Below are positions 53,030-58,112 of a stretch of 58,112 bases of DNA, one piece after another. A model generated the notes under the pieces. The model saw only the letters and a program-made list of their open reading frames with translations. It ran no database searches and was not told the origin of the DNA. The stretch comes from Microgenomates group bacterium Gr01-1014_7. Its GTDB lineage: Bacteria; Patescibacteriota; Microgenomatia; Daviesbacterales; UBA10151. Every line of letters begins with the position of its first letter. Positions within the stretch are counted from its first letter, which is position 1. The stretch lies in contig VMGD01000009.1 in assembly GCA_007376405.1 (NCBI GenBank), positions 1 through 58,112 of the forward strand. The letters are read 5' to 3'. A program made the position numbers and the translations under genes.

Positions 53030-53308
53030 CTAGACTCTAACCAGCAAATATCTTAGCAGATTTTCTTCTATCTTTAACTGTTTGTCAAGACCCTTTGCAG
53101 CCTTTGGATCGGCACTGATTTGAAAGTGAGCAAAATACCCTTTAGATTGCTTTTTAACAGGGTAAACTAACTCCCGCTCCCCCCATAAATCCTCTTTTGT
53201 AACCTTTCCATCCCCAGTTGCCTTCTTCACCAGCCCGTCCAAAAGACCTTTCCTCTCCTTTTCTTCCAACCCGGGCTTTAAAACTAAAGTCAGTAAATAT
53301 GAATTCAT
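53030..53308 (-). CDS. rpsF: 30S ribosomal protein S6
   Basis: MNSYLLTLVLKP...WGERELVYPVKK...GYFAHF. The start is at the internal ATG. Confidence 0.85.
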   Translation of the reverse strand: MNSYLLTLVLKPGLEEKERKGLLDGLVKKATGDGKVTKEDLWGERELVYPVKKQSKGYFAHFQISADPKAAKGLDKQLKIEENLLRYLLVRV

Positions 53309-53390
53309 AGTGGTAATAGTACCGTAAACATGAGCCAAATTCAAGAGTTTGTAGCAAATACTTGCATATTTAAGTATAATTTATGAGTAA

Positions 53391-54698
53391 ATGGCAACAG
53401 CAGAAAAATCTTTAACTGAATATACCAGAGCTGAACTTTTAATTACAGCTGGCAGAAAAGTAAAAACTTTTGGGAGACCGAGTAGTAATATATTAAGCTG
53501 GCGTAGAGGCCTACCACAAGGCAGCTATAGCGAAGGCCACAATGTATTAACTGATACTCCAGATATTCCCCGAGAAGCTGTACTTATTGGTGATCGGACT
53601 GAATTTTTATTCATGGAGCATTACAAAAGACCCCGCAGATGGGATATTTTGTTTATACCACAGGGCAGAAATCCTCTTGCAGAAATTATGAATCAAACCC
53701 GACCCCTAGAAGGTGGACGTTTTGATCCGCTTAAGGTGGAAGAACTTGGTAAAGGTAAAGCCTATGCGGTCCTTTATAGAACAAGCGCCCAAGAAACAAA
53801 GAAAATTGCTCAAGCGATCCCGGAAAAAGGTAGCAAGATAGTTGATTTAAGCGCCGAGATAATTGACCTGGATAAGATGAATGACGAAGAGATTGATGAA
53901 GATACAGCCTTCATGCTTGAATCCGCACTTTGTGTAGAAGAATATTTATCCGATTACGGTAGTGCGGGTGAAACTGATTTTAGAATATGGGGAGGACTAA
54001 ACAGCGCCTATCACCAGTGGATCGAACAAGAATCACTACACATCATTGGATTGGAGCAAATTCTCTTAAGAACAAATATACGAATGAAGGACGGGACAAT
54101 TAAGAACGGTTTTAGGACATCTCAAGAAATAAGAGAGCTAAGAAGACAAATTAAACAGAGGGAATGGATTGAACCATTTATTACTCCGGATCCGGTATTA
54201 AATGCCTGCGAGTTAACAGTTTATCCCATGGAACAAGAAGAAATTACGGCCGGTATTTATCATGCTGCTGCTGCCCGCTGCATAGAGAAAGCACCTACAG
54301 TCGCTAAACTCCTTAGAATGATTGCGGGAGATGAAAATGATCACTATAACTGGTTTACAGTAGGAGTAGCACAATTTGCCAAATTTGCCAAAGAAGCAAC
54401 TACTCATGCCATTGGTAAGGTAATCAGAAATTTCTATATGCCGGCAGATGAAATACTGGATCCCAAAGCAGAAAGGTTAAAATCTTTCCATAGTACTGTG
54501 GGGGTAAATAGATATTCCCTGGCAAGACACTTATATACAACCACCATGAGACTTGTTAAATCTCCGCTTTTTGATTTTCTGGATCCCTCCGAAGTAAGAA
54601 CTGCTGTTAGCGAGTATGCCGAAATAGATCCCAATGATGATCAAAAGTTTAGAGAACTTATATTAACTCGTCCTGCCAAAAACTTAGCTCTTATTTAA
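53391..54698 (+). CDS. acyl-ACP desaturase-like di-iron carboxylate protein with about 165-aa unknown N-terminal extension
   Basis: VEEYLSDY, WIEQESLH (ExxH), EQEEITAGIYH, AGDENDHYNWF (ExxH). These mirror the TEEALPTY / EENRH / QERAT / DEKRH ligand set. Confidence 0.7.
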   Translation: MATAEKSLTEYTRAELLITAGRKVKTFGRPSSNILSWRRGLPQGSYSEGHNVLTDTPDIPREAVLIGDRTEFLFMEHYKRPRRWDILFIPQGRNPLAEIMNQTRPLEGGRFDPLKVEELGKGKAYAVLYRTSAQETKKIAQAIPEKGSKIVDLSAEIIDLDKMNDEEIDEDTAFMLESALCVEEYLSDYGSAGETDFRIWGGLNSAYHQWIEQESLHIIGLEQILLRTNIRMKDGTIKNGFRTSQEIRELRRQIKQREWIEPFITPDPVLNACELTVYPMEQEEITAGIYHAAAARCIEKAPTVAKLLRMIAGDENDHYNWFTVGVAQFAKFAKEATTHAIGKVIRNFYMPADEILDPKAERLKSFHSTVGVNRYSLARHLYTTTMRLVKSPLFDFLDPSEVRTAVSEYAEIDPNDDQKFRELILTRPAKNLALI

Positions 54699-55675
54699 GC
54701 AGCTTCCGGATAATCATATACTGAAGGCAAATCGGCAAAAAATCTCGTATATCTAGGATCTCCCCTGTTTGGTCTTAAATCCCAAACAGGTTTAAATACT
54801 ACATCAGCTAATGCTATATCTGCTTCGGTAGCTTCATAAGCTTTATGTGCCTGATCTGTTGTAAAAGGCTTACCAATTACCATTTCAAAAGTAAAATTTA
54901 TTGGACGATTACCGCCATCTTCTAAGCTGTCCGGGCCAAAAATTAAATGAGGTCCATCGGTTCTTATAGGTAAAACTATTTGCCCTGGTTTCTTGAAAAA
55001 AGCAGAAACTTCCGGTTTGGGACGCTGAGTTAATCCATCGTGAGGGGGGAAATCAGTTTCAGGAAAAATAGTCATTCTTTTTGTCAAAGAAACTTGTTCT
55101 GCCAAAGTTCTAATTGAACGCCTTGTCAACATGGAAAAACTGCTCTTGCAAGCTTCCAAAAGTTTCCTTTGTTCTTCACTAAACTCACCGGCCAGATCAC
55201 CTGTTATTCCCCTGGTAATTCCCATTGTGTCTTGTGGAGCTACAACCACAACTGCAATTTCATTCGCGGGCAAATAAAGCCCTCTATAACGTTTATATAT
55301 ATCCAGTCCTCCCGGATGAACTTGTAGGTCAGCAAAATTTTTCTTCTCTACCGACTCCAAAGCTTTTCTTCCGCAAGCTATATCAACATAAGTTTGATGG
55401 TTTCTTGTAGTTATCAAAACAGTATTTAACTTATCAGCTTTATCTTCAGCCTCTTCTAAATTCTCCAATCCTATAACTTCTATTTCGCTGGCATACCAGT
55501 TGACAATACCTCTCATTATTCTATCCTGCCTATCACTTGTAGGAATTAACACCTCATCATTATCCAGGATATAGTTAACCACATCAAATCTTTCTCTGGC
55601 AAATTTTAATAATTGTTCTGCTTCACGTTCTAACCCTGTAATCATAGAAGAAAATTTTATCTTTTTTAAGCTCAA
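54695..55675 (-). CDS. LPLAT/PlsC-family acyltransferase-like protein
   Basis: TTRNHQTYVDI (HX4D) and TIFPETDF (FPEGT-like). Convergent with the desaturase-like gene, with a 4-nt overlap. Confidence 0.65.
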   Translation of the reverse strand: MSLKKIKFSSMITGLEREAEQLLKFARERFDVVNYILDNDEVLIPTSDRQDRIMRGIVNWYASEIEVIGLENLEEAEDKADKLNTVLITTRNHQTYVDIACGRKALESVEKKNFADLQVHPGGLDIYKRYRGLYLPANEIAVVVVAPQDTMGITRGITGDLAGEFSEEQRKLLEACKSSFSMLTRRSIRTLAEQVSLTKRMTIFPETDFPPHDGLTQRPKPEVSAFFKKPGQIVLPIRTDGPHLIFGPDSLEDGGNRPINFTFEMVIGKPFTTDQAHKAYEATEADIALADVVFKPVWDLRPNRGDPRYTRFFADLPSVYDYPEAA

Positions 55676-55687
55676 AAGTCAAAAATG

Positions 55688-56620
55688 TCAGCTGCTTACT
55701 AAAAATTCAATTACATCCCCGTCTTTTACTATATAATCTTTTCCTTCTGTCCTGATCCAGCCTTTGGATTTGGCAGCCGCATATGACCCTGCTTCTATTA
55801 ATTTATCATATTCTATAACCTGGGCCCGGATAAAGCCTTTTATAAAATCAGTATGAATTACTCCTGCAGCCATTTGGGCATTGGTACCATTTTTTATAGT
55901 CCAGGCCCTGACCTCTTTTTTACCTGCTGTCAGAAAAGAAATCAACCCCAGCAGTTTATATGCAGCCTTGATTAATTTTTCCAAACCTGTTTCCTCAATT
56001 CCCATTTCTTTCAAGTACTGCATTCTCTCCTCTTCATTCAAATCTACAAATTCCTCTTCAAGTTTTGCCGAAATTACCAACGCGTTTTCTTCCCTTAATT
56101 CTTTATTCTTTATTCTTAATTCTTTTTCATCAACATTGTATACATACAAAACTGGCTTTGTAGATAACTTATCAATTTTGTCTATATCAGCCAAGGCCAG
56201 TTCAGTTTCTACAAGCTCCTTATCTTCCTGGGGACTTACTGAACCGCCTGCCCTAACAACATTTGGATCTTCAAAATCCCTTAAAACATGAATTATGGCA
56301 TCAACTTCCCGGATATGAGATAAAAATTGATTTCCCAAACCCTCCCCCTGGCTAGCTCCTTTAACAAGTCCTGCAATATCCACAAATTCAACAGCTGCAG
56401 GCACAATTGGAGGCAAATTGTCCATTTTCTCTTCATTTTTCACCAGTTCTGCTAATCTTTGCAACCTCTTATCAGACACAGCAACTACTCCAACATTTGG
56501 CTCAACCGTGGCAAAAGGATAATTGGCCGAAAGCGCCACCCTTTTTTTCAAAAGGGCATTAAAAAGTGTACTCTTCCCCACATTGGGAAGCCCCACTATC
56601 CCACATTTTAAAGATGACAT
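55688..56620 (-). CDS. ychF: redox-regulated ATPase YchF (short form)
   Basis: [18 protein letters not shown]-terminal TGS-like [11 protein letters not shown]. About 50 aa shorter than typical. Confidence 0.9.
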   Translation of the reverse strand: MSSLKCGIVGLPNVGKSTLFNALLKKRVALSANYPFATVEPNVGVVAVSDKRLQRLAELVKNEEKMDNLPPIVPAAVEFVDIAGLVKGASQGEGLGNQFLSHIREVDAIIHVLRDFEDPNVVRAGGSVSPQEDKELVETELALADIDKIDKLSTKPVLYVYNVDEKELRIKNKELREENALVISAKLEEEFVDLNEEERMQYLKEMGIEETGLEKLIKAAYKLLGLISFLTAGKKEVRAWTIKNGTNAQMAAGVIHTDFIKGFIRAQVIEYDKLIEAGSYAAAKSKGWIRTEGKDYIVKDGDVIEFLVSS

Positions 56621-56633
56621 ATTTAGATGTATT

Positions 56634-57857
56634 TTATGTTGTTTGTGCTACCCAAACGAGAAAAGAGACTGCACTAACTATAAAAGCAGTCATCATAAGC
56701 AGGATAACTCTTTTTTTAGAGAATCTTTTTCGTATAAGCATAAATGGCAGGACTATTAACGACAGAATTGCCGCCCAGAATAATATCCCAAAAAAGTAAG
56801 CGGAAGGCGGTATTACTTTCTTTTCAAGCACGACTGCGAAATAACTCGTACCGGGTGAATTGGCTATCACTGTGCAATTTTTTCCGGATTTCCCACACTT
56901 ATCCCTCTGAATCTCAAGCTCATTCCACTTTTGCTGGTCATTATACCACCGCAGCACTCGTACATGCTCGTAGGCTTCCGGATCGGGTAACTCCGGAAAA
57001 AGCTCAAACATGGCCTCTTTGAAGGGATGCTTTTCTTCTTTTTCAACAGCTGTCCCTACCCTGAAATAAAAGTTTATATCATATTTTTTCTGGTCCGGCT
57101 CCTCCTCCGGCACCTCTTGTTCATCGTATTCAATAGGCCCTCCTTTCTCCTCGTTACGCAGGAGTTGGGGTGTAGTTGCTCCATCGAAAATCGTAATTTC
57201 CCCTTTGGCATATTTTATGGGTTCGGCGGTTGAAAAGATTGCCCTGCCTAGAGGTAATCCGTTAGGCAATTGCGTGTTGACTACCTGGTTTTTTTTCAAA
57301 TTTTCCAAGGATAGCTCAAGTTTAACAACAGTATGTTCTTCCCAATATTCAACAATTTCATTTGGCTCGATTTCGTTTCCTGCGAGATCATGAGCTTGCC
57401 CGAGAGGAATATTTTTGGATTTTAAAAAAAGCTCGTCAAATGGTCTTGCCAGACCTCCCCAAAGCGGAGTGATTTTCCCTGTGAAAGAATCATTCTCCGC
57501 ATTATTCTGGCCGACATCAGTCGTTTCTTGGTTCTGAGGGGCCTCATTAGTTGTCTCTTGCCGGTCAGGGCATTTTTCATAACAGGCAGTTTCCTGCGCC
57601 TTACAGGCATTAAGGCACGCCTCATCTATACGCGTCCCATCATAAACGGCATCTTCATTAATTGGACAACTATCCCTGCAGGGATAAAAACCATTCCAGC
57701 ATTTCAGGAAGCACTGATAGTCTTTGGTTTGATAGTAGGGGCCATAATCGACCGCCTTCACGGGGCTGGAAGTTGCAGTGTGAACGAAGTACGCCCCGAT
57801 AAAAATAGCTGCAATGATAGTAAAAATGCGAATAACGGTATTCATAGAGATTTTCAT
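56634..57857 (-). CDS. secreted Cys-rich protein with C-terminal TM helices, function unknown
   Basis: Signal-anchor at the N-terminus, a CxxxC-rich segment, and two C-terminal TM helices. Confidence 0.7.
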   Translation of the reverse strand: MKISMNTVIRIFTIIAAIFIGAYFVHTATSSPVKAVDYGPYYQTKDYQCFLKCWNGFYPCRDSCPINEDAVYDGTRIDEACLNACKAQETACYEKCPDRQETTNEAPQNQETTDVGQNNAENDSFTGKITPLWGGLARPFDELFLKSKNIPLGQAHDLAGNEIEPNEIVEYWEEHTVVKLELSLENLKKNQVVNTQLPNGLPLGRAIFSTAEPIKYAKGEITIFDGATTPQLLRNEEKGGPIEYDEQEVPEEEPDQKKYDINFYFRVGTAVEKEEKHPFKEAMFELFPELPDPEAYEHVRVLRWYNDQQKWNELEIQRDKCGKSGKNCTVIANSPGTSYFAVVLEKKVIPPSAYFFGILFWAAILSLIVLPFMLIRKRFSKKRVILLMMTAFIVSAVSFLVWVAQTT

Positions 57858-57925
57858 AGCATTATTATCTTAGCATATGCTGACAATAAGACTTTTCTCT
57901 AATCTGAGGTATAATTTAAACATAT

Positions 57926-58112
57926 ATGCTGGAGTTGCTTCAACTTATTGTTATTTCCCTTAAAGTTATTATTCCTGCTTTAATGCTTATTCGAAGAACC
58001 ATGATTTTTCCTCTTTTTGGATTATGGGGAAATTATTTTCTGGATGTTATAGACGGCGATATTCTTTTATCTTTAGGGATGACTGATGCAACTTATCAGC
58101 TAATAGATAAAT
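57926..58112 (+). CDS. 5' partial ORF, membrane protein (runs off the window)
   Basis: MLELLQLIVISLKVIIPALMLIRRTMIFPLFGLWGNYFLDVIDGDILL... remains open to the end of the window. Confidence 0.35.
   Translation, partial: MLELLQLIVISLKVIIPALMLIRRTMIFPLFGLWGNYFLDVIDGDILLSLGMTDATYQLIDK

Noticed and set aside
1-58112. Alternative genetic code (UGA recoding, as in some CPR lineages), or rRNA genes
   Set aside because: Long uninterrupted ORFs with recognisable families are obtained with the standard code, and TGA is used as a stop at coupled gene junctions. No rRNA-like conserved stretches were seen.

Overview
AT-rich, gene-dense bacterial window of 58.1 kb, mostly minus-strand operons under the standard genetic code. 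Shortened housekeeping proteins, many PT-rich exoproteins and an apparent lack of biosynthetic genes suggest a reduced-genome Patescibacteria/CPR (Microgenomates-like) organism; this is inference. Recognisable housekeeping genes: ruvC, yebC-like, efp, galU, pepN, tRNA-Leu(CAA), dnaB, lgt, rpmE-prfA-prmC, rpsF-ssb-rpsR, htrA/ctp proteases, ychF, and a two-component pair. Main observations: (1) A roughly 11-kb translationally coupled minus-strand operon (3427-14562) encodes surface or secreted proteins. It combines cohesin-like and dockerin-like modules, and six consecutive products share an unusual N-terminal anchor motif. A degenerate Xer gene sits at one end and an intact Xer plus a PD-(D/E)XK nuclease at the other. 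(2) A leader at 41716-42031 has a strong sigma70-like promoter, a near-canonical T-box sequence, a 7-nt UGGGACC bulge and a CAC-displaying hairpin. It precedes an operon encoding a two-Cys DapF-fold racemase-like protein, an unknown protein, an NYN-domain protein and a HisRS catalytic core with no anticodon-binding domain. (3) A HUH/Y1 (RAYT/IS200-like) transposase is flanked by nested palindromes, and a third related palindrome sits in-frame inside prmC. (4) Several short dispersed repeat families intrude into coding regions; one has a 12-bp flanking duplication and one has a paralogous empty site. (5) An acyl-ACP-desaturase-like di-iron protein lies convergent with an LPLAT-type acyltransferase. 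All family assignments come from motif recognition by eye and need HMM or structure searches.
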